From an uncultured Candidatus Saccharibacteria bacterium (GTDB lineage Bacteria > Patescibacteriota > Minisyncoccia > Phycocordibacterales > UBA9973), in the NCBI GenBank assembly GCA_964361705.1, contig CAYIBP010000005.1, positions 1 to 55,250 of the forward strand: 55,250 bases of DNA, written 5' to 3'. This document shows positions 26,523 through 35,685 of this stretch, one piece after another. Numbering within the stretch: the stretch's first letter is position 1; each line of letters begins with the position of its first letter. A program made the translations under genes and the position numbers. The notes under the pieces are model-generated. The model was not told the DNA's origin. It saw nothing but the letters and a program-made list of their open reading frames with translations, and searched no databases.

Positions 26523-29042
26523 ATGAAGAAACTACGTGGAAGCAAACATTTTTTAAAAAATATAATCCTCTTTTTGATAAGTGTTTTTGTTTTAATGACT
26601 GGTATTACTCTCTTTTGGCTTGCCTCGCTCAAGATTCCAGATTTTAATTCTTTTGAAGAAAGAAGAGTGGTAAATTCAACAAAGATATACGACCGCACTG
26701 GAAAGGTACTGCTTTATGACATCCATCAAGATGTGAGAAAAACTGATATTACTTTTGAAAAAATAAGCGTAAATATAAAAAATGCCACTATAGCTATAGA
26801 GGACTCGGAATTCTATAATCACAGTGGTATAAGAATTAAGGCAATTCTTCGCGCAACATGGTCCAACTTTTTTGGCGGAAGTGGTCCAACTCAAGGAGGT
26901 TCAACTATCACTCAACAACTCGTAAAAAATACTTTACTTACTCAAAAGAAAACTTTGGCAAGAAAAATAAAAGAATGGGTACTTGCCATAAAAATAGATA
27001 AATCTATTCCAAAAGAAAAAATACTCGAGCATTATCTAAATGAAAATCCATATGGAGGGACTATATATGGCATAGAAGAAGCCTCAAAAACGTATTTTGA
27101 TAAAAGCGCGCAAGATTTAACTTTGGCAGAATCAGCTTATTTGGCTTCTATTCCTCAATCCCCCACTGTGCTTTCACCTTACGGTAAAAATAAAAACAAA
27201 CTTGAAGCAAGAAAGAATTTGGTGCTCTCCAGAATGTTTGAACTTAAATTTATCACCGAAGAAGATTATATTGCTGCAAAGAATGAAGTGGTGACTTTTA
27301 TACCACAAGCAACTGTCGGCATAAAAGCGCCACACTTTGTATTTTTTATAAAAGAATACTTGGAACAAAAGTATGGCAATGAGATGGTGGAGAGAGGAGG
27401 GCTTAATGTCATTACTACTCTTGATTACACACTGCAAGAAAAAGGTGAAGCTATAGTAAAAGAGGGCGCATTGAGAAACGCAAAAGATTGGAACGGTACT
27501 AATGCCGGACTTGTTGCTATTGATCCAAAAACGGGACAAATAATCACAATGGTTGGCTCGAGAGATTATTTTGATAAAGATATTGATGGCAACTACAATA
27601 TTGCCACAGCTTTGCGTCAGCCTGGTTCTTCTTTTAAGCCCTTTATTTACGCTACGGCCTTCAATAAGGGCTTTACACCGAGCACAGTGCTATTTGACCT
27701 GCCTACGGAATTTCAGACCACCTGCGACGCATATGGCAAAGCCTTGCCCGGACACAGTCAAAGCAATTGTTACAAACCAGACAATTATGACAACAACTTT
27801 CGTGGACCTATGTCTCTCCGAGATGCCTTGGCACAATCTATCAACGTAATCGCTGTTAAACTTTTTTATCTAGCCGGACTACCAGATTCATTAAAAATAG
27901 CTGAGGATATGGGTATCAGCACACTCACAGACATAGGTCGCTATGGATTAACACTCGTTATCGGAGGCGGTGAAGTATCACTTTTGGATATGACTTCAGC
28001 CTATGGCGTATTTGCAAACAGTGGCCTGCGTAATCCATACACGGGGATATTACAAGTAATGGATAAAAATGGAAATATTTTAGAAAGTTATAATCCAAGA
28101 ACAAGCGAGGTCTTGGCAAAAAACACAGCCCTGACAGTTTCAGACATACTTTCAGACGATAAATCCCGTGCGCCTACATTTGGCACTCGTTCAGTACTTT
28201 TTGTTCCGGGTAAAGATGTAGCTGTAAAGACAGGAACCACGAACAGTAACAAGGACGCATGGACTGTGGGATACACTCCATCAATTGTAGTAGGAGTCTG
28301 GGCGGGAAACAACGACAACAAACCAATGAAAAAGGGAGGTGCTTCTCTTGCTGGACCTATTTGGAATAAGTTTATAACTGAAGCTTTAAAAGCTTTACCA
28401 AATGAAAGATTTGAGGAACCAAATCTGGAAGTTGATCCAAAAACAATAAAGCCAGTGTTGCGAGGACATTGGCAAGGCAATGAAAACTTCTTTATAGATA
28501 AAGTGTCAGGCAAATTGGCAACTGAATTTACACCAAGAGAAACTCTTGAAGAAAAAGTGGTAACCAATGTGCATAGTATTTTATATTGGCTAGATCGCGA
28601 TGATATTTTAGGCGACTCACCAAAGAACCCTTATGATAATCGACAATTTAATCACTGGGAAATACCAATACAAACATGGTGGGCAGGAAATGCATACAGA
28701 TACAGGATGACTTCTTGGGCGGAAAAGCCAGTCACTTTTGATGATGTGCATGTTGGTACCATAAACTCTTTTATAAATATCACCGAGCCAAGCAACCTGT
28801 TTACATATTCTCTAGATCAAAGAATACAGTTGCGTTTTATAAACTCTGGGCCGTATCCTGTACAAAAAATGGATATATTTATAAACGACATGTTTATAGA
28901 CACCATTTATTCGCCCTTTATATTTTCTTTCACTCCAAAAGAGTTAAATAATTTAAATTACGAAAACGAACTAAAGATAATCTCTTATGATTCTGTATTC
29001 AATAAAAGCGAAACTAAAACTATCTTCAAAGTAAACCAATAA
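26523..29042 (+). CDS. Class A penicillin-binding protein (PBP1A family)
   Basis: TM anchor; transglycosylase EDSEFYNH, GGSTITQQL, RKIKE; transpeptidase GSSFK, SIN, KTGT. Confidence 0.96.
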   Translation: MKKLRGSKHFLKNIILFLISVFVLMTGITLFWLASLKIPDFNSFEERRVVNSTKIYDRTGKVLLYDIHQDVRKTDITFEKISVNIKNATIAIEDSEFYNHSGIRIKAILRATWSNFFGGSGPTQGGSTITQQLVKNTLLTQKKTLARKIKEWVLAIKIDKSIPKEKILEHYLNENPYGGTIYGIEEASKTYFDKSAQDLTLAESAYLASIPQSPTVLSPYGKNKNKLEARKNLVLSRMFELKFITEEDYIAAKNEVVTFIPQATVGIKAPHFVFFIKEYLEQKYGNEMVERGGLNVITTLDYTLQEKGEAIVKEGALRNAKDWNGTNAGLVAIDPKTGQIITMVGSRDYFDKDIDGNYNIATALRQPGSSFKPFIYATAFNKGFTPSTVLFDLPTEFQTTCDAYGKALPGHSQSNCYKPDNYDNNFRGPMSLRDALAQSINVIAVKLFYLAGLPDSLKIAEDMGISTLTDIGRYGLTLVIGGGEVSLLDMTSAYGVFANSGLRNPYTGILQVMDKNGNILESYNPRTSEVLAKNTALTVSDILSDDKSRAPTFGTRSVLFVPGKDVAVKTGTTNSNKDAWTVGYTPSIVVGVWAGNNDNKPMKKGGASLAGPIWNKFITEALKALPNERFEEPNLEVDPKTIKPVLRGHWQGNENFFIDKVSGKLATEFTPRETLEEKVVTNVHSILYWLDRDDILGDSPKNPYDNRQFNHWEIPIQTWWAGNAYRYRMTSWAEKPVTFDDVHVGTINSFINITEPSNLFTYSLDQRIQLRFINSGPYPVQKMDIFINDMFIDTIYSPFIFSFTPKELNNLNYENELKIISYDSVFNKSETKTIFKVNQ

Positions 29043-29044
29043 CT

Positions 29045-29302
29045 TTATATTATTTTTTGTGGGGATTTTTTGCCTAACGCTTCTTGTAGTCTAGAAAAAA
29101 TTTGATTTCTTTTTAACAGAATTTCATTTTTATAAATTGGTTTTGCATTCAGATACAGGGAACCGTTTTTTATTTTTATATCTTCAGTTTTTATTTTAAG
29201 ACCAACCGTTTCAAGTAAAACATCTCTGATTAAGGTTTTTTTTACTTCTTCGGAAGTAATTAATTCACTAAAACGTAAGAGCAGGTCTTTTATTTCTATC
29301 AT
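29045..29302 (-). CDS. Hypothetical protein, possible DciA/DUF721-like
   Basis: Coupled to dnaN; IKNGSLYL...YKNEILLKRNQIF resembles the DUF721 core. Inference. Confidence 0.55.
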   Translation of the reverse strand: MIEIKDLLLRFSELITSEEVKKTLIRDVLLETVGLKIKTEDIKIKNGSLYLNAKPIYKNEILLKRNQIFSRLQEALGKKSPQKII

Positions 29303-30396
29303 CTATTCATTGGCATTATGAGATAAGTGAACGAGTTATCAGAACTACCAGATATTACCATTGGTTTTGAAGCCTGATTGAGTCTTATTGAGATACTGTC
29401 CGCAGAAATAGACTGAAAACAATCAAGAAAATATTTATAATTAAAGCTAAGCTCTGCGTCATCGCCTTTCATAGCCACATCTAGATAGGTTTTGTTTTCT
29501 CCTATATCATTATTTGAAGACGAGAGTTCAAATACTTTCTCCTTTTGTGAAATACGCAAATTTATTTGATTAAATTTATCCGAAAATATATTAGATATTT
29601 TAAGCGCATTTAAAAGGTCTTGTTTTAATACCACCGCTTCTACAGCAAACTCTTTTGGAATTATCTGTCTATAATCCGGAAAAATACCATCAATAACCCT
29701 AGATGTAAGATATATATTGTTTGAAGAAAAGGATATTTGGTTCTTATTAAAACAAACTTTTACAGTGTCGTTTACTTCTCCAAATATCCTTATAATTTCA
29801 GAAATATTTTTAAACGGAATCATAATACCCTGTATTTCATCTATTCCTTTTACTTTTACTTTCTTTTCCGCCAATCTAAAAGAATCCGTGGAAACAAAAA
29901 TCAGATTTTCGTCGTTGGTATAAACATAAACACTTGAAATTTCGGGTTTTATATCAGATGGAGATGAACTATAATAGACTGACTTTACCCCTTCCACTAA
30001 CTTTTTAGCTTCTATTTCAAATGTTTTTCCATCCACAAGAGGAATAGTAGGAAAATCCTCATGTGCCTGACCTTTTAGTTTTATTTTGCTTTTTTTTGTC
30101 TTAACAGAAAGGTTACCATCATCGCCTTCTAAATATACAATGTCGTTTTGAATAAAATTTGAAAATATAGATGCTAGTGTTGATCCAGTAATAGCCATAA
30201 TCCCTTCCTTTTCAATCTTTGCTGGAATTTCTATTTCTATACCTAGACTTAAATTTGTAGCGCGAAGTTTTAATGATTTTCCTCCAGCAATTAAAAGTAT
30301 AGAACTTAAAACAGGAAGAGTAAGATTTTTACCAGTTATCTTTTCAACCTGAAGGATTCCGTTTTTGAGTTTTTCAATTCCGCATTCTAGTTTCAT
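29299..30396 (-). CDS. dnaN: DNA polymerase III beta clamp
   Basis: LPVLSSILL, ATNL, STDSFRLA, GIFPDYRQIIP, FNYKYFLD, YLIMPM. Confidence 0.98.
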   Translation of the reverse strand: MKLECGIEKLKNGILQVEKITGKNLTLPVLSSILLIAGGKSLKLRATNLSLGIEIEIPAKIEKEGIMAITGSTLASIFSNFIQNDIVYLEGDDGNLSVKTKKSKIKLKGQAHEDFPTIPLVDGKTFEIEAKKLVEGVKSVYYSSSPSDIKPEISSVYVYTNDENLIFVSTDSFRLAEKKVKVKGIDEIQGIMIPFKNISEIIRIFGEVNDTVKVCFNKNQISFSSNNIYLTSRVIDGIFPDYRQIIPKEFAVEAVVLKQDLLNALKISNIFSDKFNQINLRISQKEKVFELSSSNNDIGENKTYLDVAMKGDDAELSFNYKYFLDCFQSISADSISIRLNQASKPMVISGSSDNSFTYLIMPMNR

Positions 30397-30642
30397 ATGT
30401 TTATATCTTATATATTTAATCTATTAATACTATTAGTACTGTTTATAAGTGGATAACTTAATTATAATTTAATTTATAAGCCTTTTGTGTGGAAATTCAA
30501 TTTCTTATTTTGGTAATAAAGCATTATTGTTTATGTGTTAATTTTTGTTTTTTTATCTTTTCCACATTTATGGGTTTTTTATTAACAGATTTTTATTTAT
30601 TTTTAAGGCGTTTATTTACTGCTTTTAACACGTTATTAACAC
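30397..30642. other. Replication origin oriC (dnaA-dnaN intergenic region)
   Basis: AT-rich; DnaA-box-like 9-mers at 30440-30448, 30448-30456, 30488-30496, 30558-30566, 30579-30587, 30633-30641; TAN trinucleotide run at 30421-30438. Confidence 0.85.
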
Positions 30643-31986
30643 CTATTTAAACATAATTCTGATCTGTTCTAGTTCTTGTAAAAGCTGGGGGTTGTTTTTT
30701 ATGTCGGTTTTTATTTTCAAATATGAATGTATAACCGTGGTGTGGTCTTTACCACCAAGCTTTTGGCCTATCAGTGGGTATGAAACATTAAAATCCTCTC
30801 GGAGAAGATACATTACCACTTGTCTGGCCTTCACTATCTCTTTCCTCCTTGTTTTTTCATAAATCGAAGATTCTTCGAGTGAATAATAGTCGCTCACGGT
30901 CTTTACCACATCTTTTATGGCGACGTTTTTCTTTGGTTTTATGTTGTTTTTTAAGAGATTTTTGACTTCAGAGAGGGAGAGAGGCTTGTTTTTAAGCTGA
31001 TATTGGCAAATTATAGTATTTAAGCTCCCCTCAAGCTCTCTAATGTTACCTTGTACAGATTCAGCAATATACTCTACTATTTCTTTGTCTAGGTCAATAT
31101 TAACCTCACTTAACTTTACCTTTAATATCGCCATACGTGATTCGTATTCTGGCTCGGAAACATCTACTATCATACCTGCGGCAAAGCGAGATTTTAAGCG
31201 ATCAGCCAGCTCGGGTATGTAATTAGGGTGTTTATCAGAAGAAAATATAATCTGTTTGTTGTTATCATAGAAAGTGTTGAAAGTATGGAAAAGCTCTTCT
31301 TGTATTTTTTCCATTTTACCTATGAATTGTATGTCATCTATGATTAAAAGATCATATTTTCTGTATTTTTCCTTGAAAAAGTTGGCTTTATTGTTTTGTA
31401 GAGAGTTTATAAAATCTGTGGCAAACTTCTCTAAGGTTAAATAAAACACCCTCTTATTTGAGTATTTGTCTTTAATAGAGTTTCCTACTGCCTGAAGTAA
31501 GTGAGTTTTACCAAGACCTGTACCTCCATATACAAAAAAAGGGTTATATTTAGTACCCGGGTTGTCTATGATGGCTTGAGAAGCCGCATAAGCGAGCTCA
31601 TTGAATGTGCCAACGATAAATGAGTCAAAACGGTATCTAGGATTTAAATTATCCTCTGGATTTATATAGAGATCCTTTAATGGAAGCTCTTTATTGGCAT
31701 AAACCTCTGTTGTTTTGATTGTTTCTTGTTTATTTGGTTCTATTTTGGTTATGACATATTCCACAGCGCGCATATTGCCATAAGCATCCACGATGGTTTT
31801 GGTAATAAGCTTGTGATATTTGTTCTTTAGCCAGTCTCGGACGAATTCATTGGGTACTCCTACGTATACAATTCCGGTTTCCTCCTTTAAAATTGAGGTA
31901 TTTTTAAACCAAGTACTAAAATTTGCCTTAGACACCCCGATTTCAATTTCTGCTAGACATCTTTGCCATAGTTGTTTTATATCCAT
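30643..31986 (-). CDS. dnaA: Chromosomal replication initiator DnaA
   Basis: LNPRYRFDSF, YNPFFVYGGTGLGKTHLL, IDDIQF, NIRELEG, GGKDHTTVIH; likely start ATG 31986. Confidence 0.98.
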   Translation of the reverse strand: MDIKQLWQRCLAEIEIGVSKANFSTWFKNTSILKEETGIVYVGVPNEFVRDWLKNKYHKLITKTIVDAYGNMRAVEYVITKIEPNKQETIKTTEVYANKELPLKDLYINPEDNLNPRYRFDSFIVGTFNELAYAASQAIIDNPGTKYNPFFVYGGTGLGKTHLLQAVGNSIKDKYSNKRVFYLTLEKFATDFINSLQNNKANFFKEKYRKYDLLIIDDIQFIGKMEKIQEELFHTFNTFYDNNKQIIFSSDKHPNYIPELADRLKSRFAAGMIVDVSEPEYESRMAILKVKLSEVNIDLDKEIVEYIAESVQGNIRELEGSLNTIICQYQLKNKPLSLSEVKNLLKNNIKPKKNVAIKDVVKTVSDYYSLEESSIYEKTRRKEIVKARQVVMYLLREDFNVSYPLIGQKLGGKDHTTVIHSYLKIKTDIKNNPQLLQELEQIRIMFK

Positions 31987-32109
31987 TTGAGTCAAATTAT
32001 ACTATACAGAAAAATAAGATTAGCCCTTAAACGATATTAACAATGTTAATAAACTGTTGATAAAGTAATTTGTTCTAAATTTGAATAGTCTTTCAATATA
32101 AGATTATTT

Positions 32110-32138
32110 TTGACTTAGGGTTAATATTGATATATACT
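32110..32138 (+). promoter_or_regulatory. rpmH promoter (predicted leaderless transcript)
   Basis: TTGACT-17 nt-TATACT, with the ATG 6 nt after the -10 box. Confidence 0.75.
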
Positions 32139-32144
32139 ACCCCT

Positions 32145-32279
32145 ATGTCACAAACATATCAGCCTAAAAAGAGGAAACGAGCCAAAGCCCATGGATTCTT
32201 GTCTAGGTCTAAGAGTAAAAATGGCAAAAAGGTTCTAAAGCGACGCATGAGAAAGGGCCGAGCCAAGCTTGCTGTGTAA
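32145..32279 (+). CDS. rpmH: 50S ribosomal protein L34 (not in the ORF track)
   Basis: [44 protein letters not shown]; TAATG overlap with rnpA. Confidence 0.97.
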   Translation: MSQTYQPKKRKRAKAHGFLSRSKSKNGKKVLKRRMRKGRAKLAV

Positions 32280-32638
32280 TGCTACCTAAAAAAAATAGAC
32301 TAGATAAGAAAAAGGTGGAAAGAATCTTCAAAGAAGGCAGATTTGTGAATTCACTAAATATATCTTTAAAATTTTCTGTTGTTAAAGACACTCCCCTTTC
32401 CTCTGTTTCTTTTGTAACTCCCAAAACCATAAATAAAAGCGCAGTAGTGAGAAATCAGCTTCGCAGACGAGGATATGCCGTGTTAAAAAAATATTTTAAT
32501 ATTTTACCCGCAGGATTCCTGGGTGTTTTTATTTTTGGCAAAAAAAGCGTAATGGTTTTTGGTGGTAGAAAGAATAGTAAATATAATCCAATAGTAAATT
32601 TAGATAATGAAATTAAGCTTATTTTAAGTAAAATATGA
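32279..32638 (+). CDS. rnpA: Ribonuclease P protein component
   Basis: [20 protein letters not shown]; canonical position. Confidence 0.93.
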   Translation: MLPKKNRLDKKKVERIFKEGRFVNSLNISLKFSVVKDTPLSSVSFVTPKTINKSAVVRNQLRRRGYAVLKKYFNILPAGFLGVFIFGKKSVMVFGGRKNSKYNPIVNLDNEIKLILSKI

Positions 32639-32877
32639 AAAGTTTTTTTCTGGAAATTATAAATTTTTATAGGAGATTTATATCCAAACCAATTGTTCTT
32701 TTTTTAGAAAACTTTGGTCTTGTTAGAAATAATTCTTGTGCTTTCTATCCGACTTGTTCGGAATATACTAAACAAGCGATTCAAAAATATGGTCTATTTA
32801 AGGGCTCATTTCTTGGTTTTAGACGGATATTGCGTTGTCACCCTTGGCAGAAAAATCATATAGATCCTGTGAAGTGA
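32635..32877 (+). CDS. yidD: Membrane protein insertion efficiency factor
   Basis: [27 protein letters not shown]. Confidence 0.96.
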   Translation: MKSFFLEIINFYRRFISKPIVLFLENFGLVRNNSCAFYPTCSEYTKQAIQKYGLFKGSFLGFRRILRCHPWQKNHIDPVK

Positions 32878-32882
32878 AGAAT

Positions 32883-33014
32883 AAATCAAAAAAATTTGTT
32901 GCATATACATTTCCTGCGCAAGAAAAATAAATCTTGCCAGAGCCTTATCCTTATGACCTAACAGAGCAAGATTTGATTTTTCTGGAGCAGGAAATTTTCA
33001 AAATTTTGATTTTT
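32883..33014. repeat. Long interrupted hairpin filling the yidD-yidC spacer
   Basis: ATTTCCTGC..AGAAAAAT-AAATCTTGC (32909-32937) pairs with GCAAGATTT-G-ATTTTTCT..GCAGGAAAT (32966-32995); outer AAATCAAAA/TTTTGATTT. Confidence 0.8.
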
Positions 33015-33039
33015 GGAATTTTTCCTATAGAATGGATAA

Positions 33040-33780
33040 ATGCTATCAAATTTTTGGAATACATTTTTATATGAGCCACTTGTGAATGCACTGGCCTTTT
33101 TAGTATCTATTGTGCCCGGTGGAGATGTGGGTTTAGCGGTTATAATGCTGACTATATTTGTGAAGCTTGCGCTCTATCCCCTTTCCCAGAAATCCATTGA
33201 GAGTCAACTCAAGATGAATGATCTTGCTCCAGAGCTTAAAAAGATAAAAGCAAGTGGAGCTTCAAAAGAAGAACAAGCTCGCCAAACATTTGAACTTTAT
33301 AAGCAAACTAAAACAAATCCTTTTTCTGGATGCCTTCTTGTTTTAATTCAGATTCCTATAATCTTTGCGCTTTATTATGTGTTTTTGAAAGGGCTTAACA
33401 TAGACAACGGACTCTTATATTCTTTCGTGCCAATTCCAGATACCATAAACATGAATTTTTTAGGAATACTTGATATAGGAGGCAAAAGTGTAATTTTGGC
33501 ATTCCTTGCTGGAGTTTCTCAATACCTTCAGGCGCATTTTATGCCAAAACCTCCAATACCAGAAAAATCCGACAAGCCAGGGGGTTCTTTCCAAGAGAAT
33601 TTTGCAAAAAGTATGCATACACAGATGAAATATGTTTTTCCGGTAGTTGTGGCTTTCATTTCTTACACTGTTTCAGGGGCTGTTGCATTGTATTGGATTA
33701 CGAGTAATATGTTTGCTATAGGTCAGCAGATTTACGCCAACAAGAAGAAACTCAAATTAGATTTAGAGAAAAAAGCGTAA
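33040..33780 (+). CDS. yidC: Membrane protein insertase YidC (short, no large periplasmic domain)
   Basis: GLAVIMLTIFVKLALYPL, NPFSGCL..LIQIPI, ALYWITSN. Confidence 0.96.
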   Translation: MLSNFWNTFLYEPLVNALAFLVSIVPGGDVGLAVIMLTIFVKLALYPLSQKSIESQLKMNDLAPELKKIKASGASKEEQARQTFELYKQTKTNPFSGCLLVLIQIPIIFALYYVFLKGLNIDNGLLYSFVPIPDTINMNFLGILDIGGKSVILAFLAGVSQYLQAHFMPKPPIPEKSDKPGGSFQENFAKSMHTQMKYVFPVVVAFISYTVSGAVALYWITSNMFAIGQQIYANKKKLKLDLEKKA

Positions 33781-33797
33781 ATTAGCCATAATATGCT

Positions 33798-34325
33798 ATG
33801 AATAAAGGAGAAATTCAAAACCTAATAAAAGAAATCCTTGAAAAGATGAGCATAACAATAAGCAAGATTTCTGTAGATGAAGACAGACCAGCAAAGCTCG
33901 GCCCAAACGCTGATAAAACCACATGGTTCTCGGTAGAGGTGGGTCAGCCACATTTTTTCTATGATAGAGGCGGTGAAGCACTCTCTGCTTTAAATCACTT
34001 GATTCGCAGAATAGTAGAAAATAAAAATCCAAGAACTAAATTGGAATTAGAACCATCTGGAGATTCACATACAGAAGAAGGTTTGGGGATTTTGGTTGAT
34101 GTAAATGGTTTTCAGAAGAAAAGGATAGAAAATATTCATGCAGTGGCTTATATGATGGCAGAACGCGCGAGGTATTTTAAATCAAATATAGAAATAGATC
34201 CGATGTCTTCTTTTGAGCGCAGACTTGTACATGAATTTTTATCTAATGAAACAGATCTAAAAACAGAATCTGAAGGTCAAGGCATATCTCGCCGAGTGGT
34301 TATAAAATATATAGGCGCTATATAA
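33798..34325 (+). CDS. jag: Jag/KhpB-like KH-R3H RNA-binding protein
   Basis: GEALSALNHL, VDVNGF, PMSSFERRLVH, TESEG..RRVVI; follows yidC. Confidence 0.88.
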   Translation: MNKGEIQNLIKEILEKMSITISKISVDEDRPAKLGPNADKTTWFSVEVGQPHFFYDRGGEALSALNHLIRRIVENKNPRTKLELEPSGDSHTEEGLGILVDVNGFQKKRIENIHAVAYMMAERARYFKSNIEIDPMSSFERRLVHEFLSNETDLKTESEGQGISRRVVIKYIGAI

Positions 34326-34334
34326 TACTTCTTT

Positions 34335-35681
34335 CTATAAGTTTAATTTCCAAAGATAAGAGTCTTTTTTGTTTACAAAAAATAAATATTTTTCTGCTTC
34401 ATCTAACTTGAGTTTTATTGCATCTACATCACTTTCCTCATCTTCTAATAAAAGATCTATAATCCTAGTGGTATTGCCGTTTTTTGCATCAATTTTCCAT
34501 ATTTCATCAGAAAAAGACACTTCTCCTTGATACCAAGAATCCGGATAAGCTTCGCTGTTTATGGATTTTGGTACAGCGCAGTATATAAAGTCGCTATCTT
34601 TGTCCCAAGTACACTTTTCTGGCAAAGTTCTAATACTAAGAGTGTTTATATTACCACTCTCTATACTAAATATTTTTAGATTAAGATTATTATCAGCATA
34701 AAGCACTGCTTTGCCGTCTTTACTTGTAAGCGTTGTAAGTCCGTTTATGTCTCCTAGAATTCTAGTTAAATCTTTTTTCTCTGGATTTATTCCGTACATG
34801 AATCCAGGAACATTTGCAGATGGCTTAGTGGTAAGCGTTATTGTTCTACTATTTGACCACTCTGACAGCCATTCCGTAAAAGGAAAATTAAATACCTGAA
34901 CTTTTGTATTTGTTGTGGTTGCAATGGTAATACCTACGGCACTCTCTCCTGTGTTAAACAAATAAAACATCTTTGAATCATCGGGCGAAACACTCATATC
35001 TGAAATATTTTCTGGTAGAAAGGAGCCCTTGATTTCATTGGTGCCTGCGCTATCTGCACCGAGAAATTCTTTGGGTAGATTCCCCAAGAATGTCTCTATT
35101 GTTTTTTTATCTTCTTTCAAATAACGCATAGCCACAGATTCTGCCTTTTTATCAAAGTAAGCCTCATGAACCCTAGGGATTATCGTTTGTGAAAACCTTC
35201 TCTCGTCTATACTGTCCGCAAAAGTTTGGAAGATGTTGCCTGTGGCCCTGTCCACATATCTGACGGCTGGATAAAATTCAGTTGGTGGGGACACCGGTTT
35301 TGTTGTTTTTTTGATTGCCTTTTCTCCTAGGGCTGCACTTTCACTTTTTTGTTCTATTGGTGAAGGTATTTCTTTAAATCTTTCCTTCATAAAAACACCA
35401 AATCCTGCTATTGGAAAACTTGAAACCTTTTGTAACCTTGCGTCAGATTTTTCTTCTACTTGTTCTGGTTCAAAACCTGAAACATCAACTGGGGATTTTT
35501 GATCCTGGGTTTCATTTTCAGACTTTTTATCTCCGAATGGGAAAAAATCTGCCAGAAAATTTACATCTTGCACTTGTTCATCCACCTTGCTTTTTGGCTG
35601 GTAGAAATAATAGAAAGTTGTTGCTCCAGCTACTAAAGCCAGAAAGATTATGATTATTAAAATTAAATTTCTTTTTGACAT
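34335..35681 (-). CDS. Membrane-anchored beta-propeller-like protein
   Basis: N-terminal TM; SVSPDDSKMFY, TSKDGKAVLY, YLFFVNKKDSYLW blade-like motifs. Confidence 0.75.
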   Translation of the reverse strand: MSKRNLILIIIIFLALVAGATTFYYFYQPKSKVDEQVQDVNFLADFFPFGDKKSENETQDQKSPVDVSGFEPEQVEEKSDARLQKVSSFPIAGFGVFMKERFKEIPSPIEQKSESAALGEKAIKKTTKPVSPPTEFYPAVRYVDRATGNIFQTFADSIDERRFSQTIIPRVHEAYFDKKAESVAMRYLKEDKKTIETFLGNLPKEFLGADSAGTNEIKGSFLPENISDMSVSPDDSKMFYLFNTGESAVGITIATTTNTKVQVFNFPFTEWLSEWSNSRTITLTTKPSANVPGFMYGINPEKKDLTRILGDINGLTTLTSKDGKAVLYADNNLNLKIFSIESGNINTLSIRTLPEKCTWDKDSDFIYCAVPKSINSEAYPDSWYQGEVSFSDEIWKIDAKNGNTTRIIDLLLEDEESDVDAIKLKLDEAEKYLFFVNKKDSYLWKLNL

Positions 35682-35685
35682 AAGT

